Shown: positions 1 through 13,873 of the stretch, piece after piece | Layout: every line of letters starts with the position of its first letter | How positions within the stretch are numbered: the stretch's first letter is position 1 | From: Balanoglossus misakiensis | Taxonomy: Eukaryota; Animalia; Hemichordata | Direction of reading: 5' to 3' | DNA length: 64,000 nt | Assembly: GCA_040954595.2 (NCBI GenBank) | Contig: CM082584.2 | Span: 6,591,919 to 6,655,918, forward strand | Program-made: the position numbers and the translations under genes | The notes under the pieces: generated by a model | Database searches by the model: none | The model's input: only the letters and a program-made list of their open reading frames with translations | What the model was told of the DNA's origin: nothing

Positions 1-3000
1 TATAGCTCATGAAAATTATCCGAAAATGACAATTTTTCGACTTTGCGAGATATCAAAATTTCTTCGATTTTTGATAAAAACCATGGGTTATAGCTCATGA
101 AAATCATCCGAAAATGACAATTTTTCGACTTTGCGAGATATCAAAATTTCTTCGATTTTTGATAAAAACCATGGGTTATAGCTCATGAAAATCATCCGAA
201 AATGACAATTTTTCGACTTTGCGAGATATCAAAATTTCTTCGATTTTTGATAAAAACCATGGGTTATAGCTCATGAAAATCATCCGAAAAGACAATTTTT
301 CGACTTTGCGGAGATATCAAAATTTCTTCGATTTTTGATAAAAACCATGGGTTATAGCTCATGAAAATCATCCCAAAATGACAATTTTTCGACTTTGCGG
401 ATATCAAAATTTCTTCGATTTTTGATAAAAACCATGGGTTATAGCTCATGAAAATCATCCCAAAATGACAATTTTTCGACTTTGCGAGATATCAAAATTT
501 CTTCGATTTTTGATAAAAACCATGGGTTATAGCTCATGAAAATCATCCGAAAATGACAATTTTTCGACTTTGCGAGATATCAAAATTTCTTCGATTTTTG
601 ATAAAAACCATGGGTTATAGCTCATGAAAATCATCCGAAAATGACAATTTTTCGACTTTGCGAGAAATCAAAATTTCTTCGATTTTTGATAAAAACCATG
701 GGTTATAGCTCATGAAAATCATCCGAAAATGACAATTTTTCGACTTTGCGGGAAATCAAAATTTCTTCGATTTTTGATAAAAACCATGGGTTATAGCTCA
801 TGAAAATCATCCGAAAATGACAATTTTTCGACTTTGCGGGAAATCAAAATTTCTTCGATTTTTGATAAAAACCATGGGTTATAGCTCATGAAAATCATCC
901 GAAAATGACAATTTTTCGACTTTGCGGGATATCAAAATTTCTTCGATTTTTGATAAAAAACCATGGGTTATAGCTCATGAAAATCATCCCAAAATGACAA
1001 TTTTTCGACTTTGCGAGATATCAAAATTTCTTCGATTTTTGATAAAAACCATGGGTTATAGCTCATGAAAATCATCCGAAAATGACAATTTTTCGACTTT
1101 GCGAGATATCAAAATTTCTTCGATTTTTGATAAAAAACCATGGGTTATAGCTCATGAAAATCATCCGAAAATGACAATTTTTCGACTTTGCGAGATATCA
1201 AATTGTCTTCGATTTTTGATAAAAACCATGGGTTATAGCTCATGAAAATCATCCGAAAATGACAATTTTTCGACTTTGCGAGATATCAAAATTTCTTCGA
1301 TTTTTGATAAAAACCATGGGTTATAGCCCATGAAAATCATCCGAAAATGACAAATTTTCGACTTTGCGAGATATCAAAATTTCTTCGATTTTTGATTAAA
1401 ACCATGGGTTATAGCTCATGAAAATCATCCGAAAATGACAATTTTTCGACTTTGCGAGATATCAAAATTTCTTCGATTTTTGATAAAAACCATGGGTTAT
1501 AGCTCATGAAAATCATCCCAAAATGACAATTTTTCGACTTTGCGAGATATCAAAATTTCTTCGATTTTTGATAAAAACCATGGGTTATAGCTCATGAAAA
1601 TCATCCCAAAATGACAATTTTTCGACTTTGCGAGATATCAAAATTTCTTCGATTTTTGATAAAAACCATGGGTTATAGCTCATGAAAATCATCCCAAAAT
1701 GACAATTTTTCGACTTTGCGAGATATCAAAATTTCTCCGATTTTTGATAAAAACCATGGGTTATAGCTCATGAAAATCATCCGAAAATGACAATTTTTCG
1801 ACTTTGCGAGATATCAAAATTTCTTCGATTTTTGATAAAAACCATGGGTTATAGCTCATGAAAATCATCCGAAAATGACAATTTTTCGACTTTGCGGGAA
1901 ATCAAAATTTCTTCGATTTTTGATAAAAACCATGGGTTATAGCTCATGAAAATCATCCCAAAATGACAATTTTTCGACTTTGCGGGAAATCAAAATTTCT
2001 TCGATTTTTGATAAAAACCATGGGTTATAGCTCATGAAAATCATCCGAAAATGACAATTTTTCGACTTTGCGGGAAATCAAAATTTCTTCGATTTTTGAT
2101 AAAAACCATGGGTTATAGCTCATGAAAATCATCCGAAAATGACAATTTTTCGACTTTGCGGGATATCAAAATTTCTTCGATTTTTGATAAAAAACCATGG
2201 GTTATAGCTCATGAAAATCATCCCAAAATGACAATTTTTCGACTTTGCGAGATATCAAAATTTCTTCGATTTTTGATAAAAACCATGGGTTATAGCTCAT
2301 GAAAATCATCCGAAAATGACAATTTTTCGACTTTGCGAGATATCAAAATTTCTTCGATTTTTGATAAAAACCATGGGTTATAGCTCATGAAAATCATCCG
2401 AAAATGACAATTTTTCGACTTTGCGAGATATCAAATTGTCTTCGATTTTTGATAAAAACCATGGGTTATAGCTCATGAAAATCATCCGAAAATGACAATT
2501 TTTCGACTTTGCGAGATATCAAAATTTCTTCGATTTTTGATAAAAACCATGGGTTATAGCCCATGAAAATCATCCGAAAATGACAAATTTTCGACTTTGC
2601 GAGATATCAAAATTTCTTCGATTTTTGATTAAAACCATGGGTTATAGCTCATGAAAATCATCCGAAAATGACAATTTTTCGACTTTGCGAGATATCAAAA
2701 TTTCTTCGATTTTTGATAAAAACCATGGGTTATAGCTCATGAAAATCATCCGAAAATGACAATTTTTCGACTTTGCGGGATATCAAAATTTCTTCGATTT
2801 TTGATAAAAAACCATGGGTTATAGCTCATGAAAATCATCCGAAAATGACAATTTTTCGACTTTGCGAGATATCAAAATTTCTTCGATTTTTGATAAAAAC
2901 CATGGGTTATAGCTCATGAAAATCATCCCAAAATGACAATTTTTCGACTTTGCGAGATATCAAAATTTCTTCGATTTTTGATAAAAACCATGGGTTATAG

Positions 3001-6000
3001 CTCATGAAAATCATCCCAAAATGACAATTTTTCGACTTTGCGAGATATCAAAATTTCTTCGATTTTTGATAAAAACCATGGGTTATAGCTCATGAAAATC
3101 ATCCCAAAATGACAATTTTTCGACTTTGCGAGATATCAAAATTTCTCCGATTTTTGATAAAAACCATGGGTTATAGCTCATGAAAATCATCCGAAAATGA
3201 CAATTTTTCGACTTTGCGAGATATCAAAATTTCTTCGATTTTTGATAAAAACCATGGGTTATAGCTCATGAAAATCATCCGAAAATGACAATTTTTCGAC
3301 TTTGCGAGAAATCAAAATTTCTTCGATTTTTGATAAAAACCATGGGTTATAGCTCATGAAAATCATCCCAAAATGACAATTTTTCGACTTTGCGGGATAT
3401 CAAAATTTCTTCGATTTTTGATAAAAACCATGGGTTATAGCTCATGAAAATCATCCCAAAATGACAATTTTTCGACTTTGCGAGATATCAAAATTTCTTC
3501 GATTTTTGATAAAAACCATGGGTTATAGCTCATGAAAATCATCCGAAAATGACAATTTTTCGACTTTGCGAGATATCAAAATTTCTTCGATTTTTGATAA
3601 AAACCATGGGTTATAGCTCATGAAAATCATCCGAAAATGACAATTTTTCGACTTTGCGCGAAATCAAAATTTCTTCGATTTTTGATAAAAACCATGGGTT
3701 ATAGCTCATGAAAATCATCCCAAAATGACAATTTTTCGACTTTGCGGGATATCAAAATTTCTTCGATTTTTGATAAAAACCTTGGGTTATAGCTCATGAA
3801 AATCATCCCAAAATGACAATTTTTCGACTTTGCGAGATATCAAAATTTCTTCGATTTTTGATAAAAACCATGGGTTATAGCTCATGAAAATCATCCGAAA
3901 ATGACAATTTTTCGACTTTGCGAGATATCAAAATTTCTTCGATTTTTGATAAAAACCATGGGTTATAGCTCATGAAAATCATCCGAAAATGACAATTTTT
4001 CGACTTTGCGAGATATCAAAATTTCTTCGATTTTTGATAAAAACCATGGGTTATAGCTCATGAAAATCATCCGAAAATGACAATTTTTCGACTTTGCGAG
4101 ATATCAAAATTTCTTCGATTTTTGATAAAAACCATGGGTTATAGCTCATGAAAATCATCCCAAAATGACAATTTTTCGACTTTGCGAGATATCAAAATTT
4201 CTTCGATTTTTGATAAAAACCATGGGTTATAGCTCATGAAAATCATCCCAAAATGACAATTTTTCGACTTTGCGGGATATCAAAATTTCTTCGATTTTTG
4301 ATAAAAACCATGGGTTATAGCTCATGAAAATCATCCCAAAATGACAATTTTTCGACTTTGCGAGATATCAAAATTTCTCCGATTTTTGATAAAAACCATG
4401 GGTTATAGCTCATGAAAATCATCCGAAAATGACAATTTTTCGACTTTGCGAGATATCAAAATTTCTTCGATTTTTGATAAAAACCATGGGTTATAGCTCA
4501 TGAAAATCATCCGAAAATGACAATTTTTCGACTTTGCGAGATATCAAAATTTCTTCGATTTTTGATAAAAACCATGGGTTATAGCTCATGAAAATCATCC
4601 GAAAATGACAATTTTTCGACTTTGCGAGATATCAAAATTTCTTCGATTTTTGATAAAAAACATGAGTTATAGCTCATGAAAATCATCCGAAAATGACAAT
4701 TTTTCGACTTTGCGAGAAATCAAAATTTCTTCGATTTTTGATAAAAACCATGGGTTATAGCTCATGAAAATCATCCGAAAATGACAATTTTTCGACTTTG
4801 CGAGATATCAAAATTTCTTCGATTTTTGATAAAAACCATGGGTTATAGCTCATGAAAATCATCCGAAAATGACAATTTTTCGACTTTGCGGGATATCAAA
4901 ATTTTTTCGATTTTTGATAAAAACCATGGGTTATAGCTCATGAAAATCATCCGAAAATGACAATTTTTCGACTTTGCGAGATATCAAAATTTCTTCGATT
5001 TTTGATAAAAACCATGGGTTATAGCTCATGAAAATCATCCGAAAATGACAATTTTTCGACTTTGCGAGATATCAAAATTTCTTCGATTTTTGATAAAAAC
5101 CATGGGTTATAGCTCATGAAAATCATCCGAAAATGACAATTTTTCGACTTTGCGGGATATCAAAATTTCTTCGATTTTTGATAAAAACCATGGGTTATAG
5201 CTCATGAAAATCATCCGAAAATGACAATTTTTCGACTTTGCGGGATATCAAAATTTCTTCGATTTTTGATAAAAACCATGGGTTATAGCTCATGAAAATC
5301 ATCCGAAAATGACAATTTTTCGACTTTGCGAGATATCAAAATTTCTTCGATTTTTAATAAAAACCATGGGTTATAGCTCATGAAAATCATCCGAAAATGA
5401 CAATTTTTCGACTTTGCGGGATATCAAAATTTCTTCGAGTTTTGATAAAAGACTTTCGCGAGATATCAAAATTTCTTCGATTTTTAATAAAAACCATGGG
5501 TTATAGCTCCTTGAAAAATCATCCGCCAAGTGACTTTGCCATGGGTTATAGCTCATGAAAATCATCCGAAAATGACAATTTTTCGACTTTGCGGGATATC
5601 AAAATTTCTTCGATTTTTGATAAAAACCATGGGTTATAGCTCATGAAAATCATCCGAAAATGACAATTTTTCGACTTTGCGGGATATCAAAATTTCTTCG
5701 ATTTTTGATAAAAATCATGGGTTATAGCTCATGAAAATCATCCGAAAATGACAATTTTTCGACTTTGCGAGATATCAAAATTTCTTCGATTTTTGATAAA
5801 AACCATGGGTTATAGCTCATGAAAATCATCCGAAAATGACAATTTTTCGACTTTGCGGGATATCAAAATATCTTCGATTTTTGATAAAAACCATGGGTTA
5901 TAGCTCATGAAAATCATCCGAAAATGACAATTTTTCGACATTGCGAGATATCAAAATTTCTTCGATTTTTGATAAAAACCATGGGTTATAGCTCATGAAA

Positions 6001-9000
6001 ATCATCCGAAAATGACAATTTTTCGACTTTGCGAGATATCAAAATTTCTTCGATTTTTGATAAAAACCATGGGTTATAGCTCATGAAAATCATCCGAAAA
6101 TGACAATTTTTCGACTTTGCGGGATATCAAAATATCTTCGATTTTTGATAAAAACCATGGGTTATAGCTCATGAAAATCATCCGAAAATGACAATTTTTC
6201 GACTTTGCGAGATATCAAAATTTCTTCGATTTTTGATAAAAACCATGGGTTATAGCTCATGAAAATCATCCGAAAATGACAATTTTTCGACTTTGCGAGA
6301 TATCAAAATTTCTTCGATTTTTGATAAAAACCATGGGTTATAGCTCATGAAAATCATCCGAAAATGACAATTTTTCGACTTTGCGAGATATCAAATTTTC
6401 TTCGATTTTTGATAAAAACCATGGGTTATAGCTCATGAAAATCATCCGAAAATGACAATTTTTCGACTTTGCGAGATATCAAAATTTCTTCGATTTTTGA
6501 TAAAAACCATGGGTTATAGCTCATGAAAATCATCCGAAAATGACAATTTTTCGACTTTGCGAGATATCAAAATTTCTTCGATTTTTGATAAAAACCATGG
6601 GTTATAGCTCATGAAAATCATCCGAAAATGACAATTTTTCGACTTTGCGAGATATCAAAATTTCTTCGATTTTTGATAAAAACCATGGGTTATAGCTCAT
6701 GAAAATCATCCGAAAATGACAATTTTTCGACTTTGCGAGATATCAAAATTTCTTCGATTTTTGATAAAAAACATGGGTTATAGCTCATGAAAATCATCCG
6801 AAAATGACAATTTTTCGACTTTGCGAGATATCAAAATTTCTTCGATTTTTGATAAAAACCATAGGTTATAGCTCATGAAAATCATCCGAAAATGACAATT
6901 TTTCGACTTTGCGGGATATCAAAATTTCTTCGATTTTTGATAAAAACCATGGGTTATAGCTCATGAAAATCATCCGAAAATGACAATTTTTCGACTTTGC
7001 GAGATATCAAAATTTCTTCGATTTTTGATAAAAACCATGGGTTATAGCTCATGAAAATCATCCGAAAATGACAATTTTTTGACTTTGCGAGATATCAAAT
7101 TTTCTTCGATTTTTCATAAAAACCATGGGTTATAGCTCATGAAAATCATCCGAAAATGACAATTTTTCGACTTTGCGAGATATCAAAATTTCTTCGATTT
7201 TTCATAAAAACCATGGGTTATAGCTCATGAAAATCATCCGAAAATGACAATTTTTCGACTTTGCGAGATATCAAATTTTCTTCGATTTTTGATAAAAACC
7301 ATGGGTTATAGCTCATGAAAATCATCCGAAAATGACAATTTTTCGACTTTGCGAGATATCAAAATTTCTTCGATTTTTGATAAAAACCATGGGTTATAGC
7401 CCATGAAAATCATCCGAAAATGACAAATTTTCGACTTTGCGGGATATCAAAATTTCTTCGATTTTTGATAAAAACCATGGGTTATAGCTCATGAAAATCA
7501 TCCGAAAATGACAATTTTTCGACTTTGCGAGATATCAAAATTTCTTCGATTTTTGATAAAAACCATGGGTTATAGCTCATGAAAATCATCCGAAAATGAC
7601 AATTTTTCGACTTTGCGGGATATCAAAATATTTTCGATTTTTGATAAAAACCATGGGTTATAGCTCATGAAAATCATCCGAAAATGACAATTTTTCGACT
7701 TTGCGAGATATCAAAATTTCTTCGATTTTTGATAAAAACCATGGGTTATAGCTCATGAAAATCATCCGAAAATGACAATTTTTCGACTTTGCGAGATATC
7801 AAATTTTCTTCGATTTTTGATAAAAACCATGGGTTATAGCTCATGAAAATCATCCGAAAATGACAATTTTTCGACTTTGCGAGATATCAAAATTTCTTCG
7901 ATTTTTGATAAAAACCATGGGTTATAGCTCATGAAAATCATCCGAAAATGACAAATTTTCGACTTTGCGAGATATCAAAATTTCTTCGATTTTTGATAAA
8001 AACCATGGGTTATAGCTCATGAAAATCATCCGAAAATGACAATTTTTCGACTTTGCGAGATATCAAAATTTCTTCGATTTTTGATAAAAACCATAGGTTA
8101 TAGCTCATGAAAATCATCCGAAAATGACAATTTTTCGACTTTGCGAGATATCAAAATTTCTTCGATTTTTGATAAAAACCATGGGTTATAGCTCATGAAA
8201 ATCATCCGAAAATGACAATTTTTCGACTTTGCGGGATATCAAAATTTCTTCGATTTTTGCTAAAAACCATGGGTTATAGCTCATGAAAATCATCCGAAAA
8301 TGACAATTTTTCGACTTTGCGAGATATCAAAATTTCTTCGATTTTTGATAAAAACCATGGGTTATAGCTCATGAAAATCATCCGAAAATGACAATTTTTC
8401 GACTTTGCGAGATATCAAAATTTCTTCGATTTTTGACAAAAACCATGAGTTATAGCTCATGAAAATCATCCGAAAATGACAATTTTTCGACTTTGCGAGA
8501 TATCAAAATTTCTTCGATTTTTGACAAAAACCATGGGTTATAGCTCATGAAAATCATCCGAAAATGACAATTTTTCGACTTTGCGAGATATCAAAATTTC
8601 TTCGATTTTTGATAAAAACCATGGGTTATAGCTCATGAAAAGCATCCGAAAATGACAATTTTTCGACTTTGCGAGATATCAAAATTTCTTCGATTTTTGA
8701 TAAAAACCATGGGTTATAGCTCATGAAAATCATCCGAAAATGACAATTTTTCGACTTTGCGGGATATCAAAATTTCTTCGATTTTTGACAAAAACCTTGG
8801 GTTATAGCTCATGAAAATCATCCCAAAATGACAATTTTTCGACTTTGCGAGATATCAAAATTTCTTCGATTTTTGACAAAAACCATGGGTTATAGCTCAT
8901 GAAAATCATCCCAAAATGACAATTTTTCGACTTTGCGAGATATCAAAATTTCTTCGATTTTTGATAAAAACCATGGGTTATAGCTCATGAAAATCATCCC

Positions 9001-12000
9001 AAAATGACAATTTTTCGACTTTGCGAGATATCAAATTTTCTTCGATTTTTGATAAAAACCATGGGTTATAGCTCATGAAAATCATCCGAAAATGACAATT
9101 TTTCGACTTTGCGAGATATCAAATTTTCTTCGATTTTTGATAAAAACCATGGGTTATAGCTCATGAAAATCATCCGAAAATGACAATTTTTCGACTTTGC
9201 GAGATATCAAATTTTCTTCGATTTTTGATAAAAACCATGGGTTATAGCTCATGAAAATCATCCGAAAATGACAATTTTTCGACTTTGCGAGATATCAAAT
9301 TTTCTTCGATTTTTGATAAAAACCATGGGTTATAGCTCATGAAAATCATCCGAAAATGACAATTTTTCGACTTTGCGAGATATCAAAATTTCTTCGATTT
9401 TTGATAAAAACCATGGGTTATAGCTCATGAAAATCATCCGAAAATGACAATTTTTCGACTTTGCGAGATATCAAAATTTCTTCGATTTTTGATAAAAACC
9501 ATGGGTTATAGCTCATGAAAATCATCCGAAAATGACAATTTTTCGACTTTGCGAGATATCAAATTTTCTTCGATTTTTGATAAAAACCATGGGTTATAGC
9601 TCATGAAAATCATCCGAAAATGACAATTTTTCGACTTTGCGAGATATCAAAATTTCTTCGATTTTTGATAAAAACCATGGGTTATAGCTCATGAAAATCA
9701 TCCGAAAATGACAATTTTTCGACTTTGCGAGATATCAAAATTTCTTCGATTTTTGATAAAAACCATGGGTTATAGCTCATGAAAATCATCCGAAAATGAC
9801 AATTTTTCGACTTTGCGAGATATCAAATTTTCTTCGATTTTTGATAAAAACCATGGGTTATAGCTCATGAAAATCATCCGAAAATGACAATTTTTCGACT
9901 TTGCGAGATATCAAATTTTCTTCGATTTTTGATAAAAACCATGGGTTATAGCTCATGAAAATCATCCGAAAATGACAATTTTTCGACTTTGCGAGATATC
10001 AAAATTTCTTCGATTTTTGATAAAAACCATGGGTTATAGCTCATGAAAATCATCCGAAAAGGACAATTTTTCGACTTTGCGAGATATCAAAATTTCTTCG
10101 ATTTTTGATAAAAACCATGGGTTATAGCTCATGAAAATCATCCCAAAATGACAATTTTTCGACTTTGCGAGATATCAAAATTTCTTCGATTTTTGATAAA
10201 AACCATGGGTTATAGCTCATGAAAATCATCCGAAAATGACAATTTTTCGACTTTGCGAGATATCAAAATTTCTTCGATTTTTGATAAAAACCATGGGTTT
10301 TAGCTCATGAAAATCATCCGAAAATGACAATTTTTCGACTTTGCGAGATATCAAAATTTCTTCGATTTTTGATAAAAACCATGGGTTATAGCCCATGAAA
10401 ATCATCCGAAAATGACAAATTTTCGACTTTGCGAGATATCAAAATTTCTTCGATTTTTGATAAAAACCATGGGTTATAGCTCATGAAAATCATCCCAAAA
10501 TGACAATTTTTCGACTTTGCGAGATATCAAATTTTCTTCGATTTTTGATAAAAACCATGGGTTATAGCTCATGAAAATCATCCGAAAATGACAATTTTTC
10601 GACTTTGCGAGATATCAAAATTTCTTCGATTTTTGATAAAAACCATGGGTTATAGCCCATGAAAATCATCCGAAAATGACAAATTTTCGACTTTGCGAGA
10701 TATCAAAATTTCTTCGATTTTTGATTAAAACCATGGGTTATAGCTCATGAAAATCATCCGAAAATGACAATTTTTCGACTTTGCGAGATATCAAAATTTC
10801 TTCGATTTTTGATAAAAACCATAGGTTATAGCTCATGAAAATCATCAGAAAATGACAATTTTTCGACTTTGCGAGATATCAAAATTTCTTCGATTTTTGA
10901 TAAAAACCATGGGTTATAGCTCATGAAAATCATCCGAAAATGACAATTTTTCGACTTTGCGGGATATCAAAATTTCTTCGATTTTTGCTAAAAACCATGG
11001 GTTATAGCTCATGAAAATCATCCGAAAATGACAATTTTTCGACTTTGCGAGATATCAAATTTTCTTCGATTTTTGACAAAAACCATGAGTTATAGCTCAT
11101 GAAAATCATCCGAAAATGACAATTTTTCGACTTTGCGAGATATCAAAATTTCTTCGATTTTTGACAAAAACCATGGGTTATAGCTCATGAAAAGCATCCG
11201 AAAATGACAATTTTTCGACTTTGCGAGATATCAAAATTTCTTCGATTTTTGATAAAAACCATGGGTTATAGCTCATGAAAAGCATCCGAAAATGACAATT
11301 TTTCGACTTTGCGAGATATCAAAATTTCTTCGATTTTTGATAAAAACCATGGGTTATAGCTCATGAAAATCATCCGAAAATGACAATTTTTCGACTTTGC
11401 GGGATATCAAAATTTCTTCGATTTTTGACAAAAACCTTGTGTTATAGCTCATGAAAATCATCCCAAAATGACAATTTTTCGACTTTGCGAGATATCAAAA
11501 TTTCTTCGATTTTTGACAAAAACCATGGGTTATAGCTCATGAAAATCATCCCAAAATGACAATTTTTCGACTTTGCGAGATATCAAAATTTCTTCGATTT
11601 TTGATAAAAACCATGGGTTATAGCTCATGAAAATCATCCCAAAATGACAATTTTTCGACTTTGCGAGATATCAAATTTTCTTCGATTTTTGATAAAAACC
11701 ATGGGTTATAGCTCATGAAAATCATCCGAAAATGACAATTTTTCGACTTTGCGAGATATCAAAATTTCTTCGATTTTTGATAAAAACCATGGGTTATAGC
11801 TCATGAAAATCATCCGAAAATGACAATTTTTCGACTTTGCGAGATATCAAATTTTCTTCGATTTTTGATAAAAACCATGGGTTATAGCTCATGAAAATCA
11901 TCCGAAAATGACAATTTTTCGACTTTGCAAGATATCAAAATTTCTTCGATTTTTGATAAAAACCATGGGTTATAGCTCATGAAAATCATCCGAAAATGAC

Positions 12001-13485
12001 AATTATTCGACTTTGCGAGATATCAAAATTTCTTCGATTTTTGATAAAAACCATGGGTTATAGCTCATGAAAATCATCCGAAAATGACAATTTTTCGACT
12101 TTGCGAGATATCAAAATTTCTTCGATTTTTGATAAAAACCATGGGTTATAGCTCATGAAAATCATCCAAAAATGACAATTTTTCGACTTTGCGAGATATC
12201 AAAATTTCTTCGATTTTTGATAAAAACCATGGGTTATAGCTCATGAAAATCATCCGAAAATGACAATTTTTCGACTTTGCGAGATATCAAATTTTCTTCG
12301 ATTTTTGATAAAAACCATGGGTTATAGCTCATGAAAATCATCTGAAAATGACAATTTTTCGACTTTGCGAGATATCAAAATTTCTTCGATTTTTGATAAA
12401 AACCATGGGTTATAGCTCATGAAAATCATCCGAAAATGACAATTTTTCGACTTTGCGAGATATCAAAATTTCTTCGATTTTTGATAAAAACCATGGGTTA
12501 TAGCTCATGAAAATCATCCGAAAATGACAATTTTTCGACTTTGCGAGATATCAAATTTTCTTCGATTTTTGATAAAAACCATGGGTTATAGCTCATGAAA
12601 ATCATCCGAAAATGACAATTTTTCGACTTTGCGAGATATCAAAATTTCTTCGATTTTTGATAAAAACCATGGGTTATAGCTCATGAAAATCATCCGAAAA
12701 TGACAATTTTTCGACTTTGCGAGATATCAAAATTTCTTCGATTTTTGATAAAAACCATGGGTTATAGCTCATGAAAATCATCCGAAAATGACAATTTTTC
12801 GACTTTGCGAGATATCAAAATTTCTTCGATTTTTGATAAAAACCATGGGTTATAGCTCATGAAAAGCATCCGAAAATGACAATTTTTCGACTTTGCGAGA
12901 TATCAAAATTTCTTCGATTTTTGATAAAAACCATGGGTTATAGCTCATGAAAATCATCCGAAAATGACAATTTTTCGACTTTGCGAGATATCAAAATTTC
13001 TTCGATTTTTGATAAAAACCATGGGTTATAGCTCATGAAAATCATCCGAAAATGACAATTTTTCGACTTTGCGAGATATCAGAATTTCTTCGATTTTTGA
13101 TAAAAACCATGGGTTTTAGCTCATGAAAATCATCCGAAAATGACAATTTTTCGACTTTGCGAGATATCAAAATTTCTTCGATTTTTGATAAAAACCATGG
13201 GTTATAGCCCATGAAAATCATCCGAAAATGACAAATTTTCGACTTTGCGAGATATCAAAATTTCTTCGATTTTTGATAAAAACCATGGGTTATAGCTCAT
13301 GAAAATCATCCCAAAATGACAATTTTTTGACTTTGCGAGATATCAAATTTTCTTCGATTTTTGATAAAAACCATGGGTTATAGCTCATGAAAATCATCCC
13401 AAAATGACAATTTTTCGACTTTGCGAGATATCAAAATTTCGTCGATTTTTGAATAAAACCATGGGTTATAGCTCATGAAAATCAT
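1..13485. repeat. 88-bp tandem satellite array, about 153 copies, truncated by the left window edge
   Basis: Monomer tatagctcatgaaaatcatccgaaaatgacaatttttcgactttgcgagatatcaaaatttcttcgatttttgataaaaaccatgggt recurs at 1, 89, 177 and onward. Most copies differ by 0-2 nt and most carry NcoI, EcoRV and BspHI sites. Confidence 0.99.
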
Positions 13486-13826
13486 CAAAAAATGAGAAAT
13501 TCCCGACTTTGAGAACTTGTGATTGTGTCATTTTTGGACATTTTTCATGGGTTATAGCTCATGGAAATTGTCCAAAAATGAGAATTTCCCAACTTTGAGA
13601 ACTTTGGTGATTTTGTCATTTTTGGACATTTTTCATGGGTTATAGCTCATGAAAATTTTCAAAAAATGAGAAATTCCCGACTTTGAGAACTTTGGTCATT
13701 TTGTCATTTTTGGACATTTTTCATGGGTTATAGCTCATGAAAATTTTCAAAAAATGAGAAATTCCCGACTTTGAGAACTTTGGTCATTTTGTCATTTTTG
13801 GACATTTTTCATGGGTTATAGCCCAT
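13486..13826. repeat. Diverged 88-bp sister satellite (about 4 monomers) at the array edge
   Basis: The catgggttatagc core recurs at 13460, 13546, 13634, 13722 and 13810 (spacings 86, 88, 88, 88). The rest of the unit (gagaaattcccgactttgagaactttggtcattttgtcatttttggacattttt) differs from the main monomer. Confidence 0.95.
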
Positions 13827-13873
13827 TTATAGATGAATCAAATGTCTAATTTGTAACAAAGAATCATGATCTT

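Noticed and set aside
914-929. CENP-B-box-like TTCGACTTTGCGGGA in the gcggga monomer variant
   Set aside because: TTCG-to-CGGG spacing is 6 nt rather than 7 and the internal A is missing, so it fails the consensus.
264-5565. Two 64-aa ORFs in the satellite (264-458 and 5371-5565)
   Set aside because: They arise from single-base indels or the local lesion in repeat monomers and have no coding signature.
1-13826. CRISPR-like array
   Set aside because: Units are contiguous near-identical monomers with no unique spacers, in a eukaryotic context with no cas genes.
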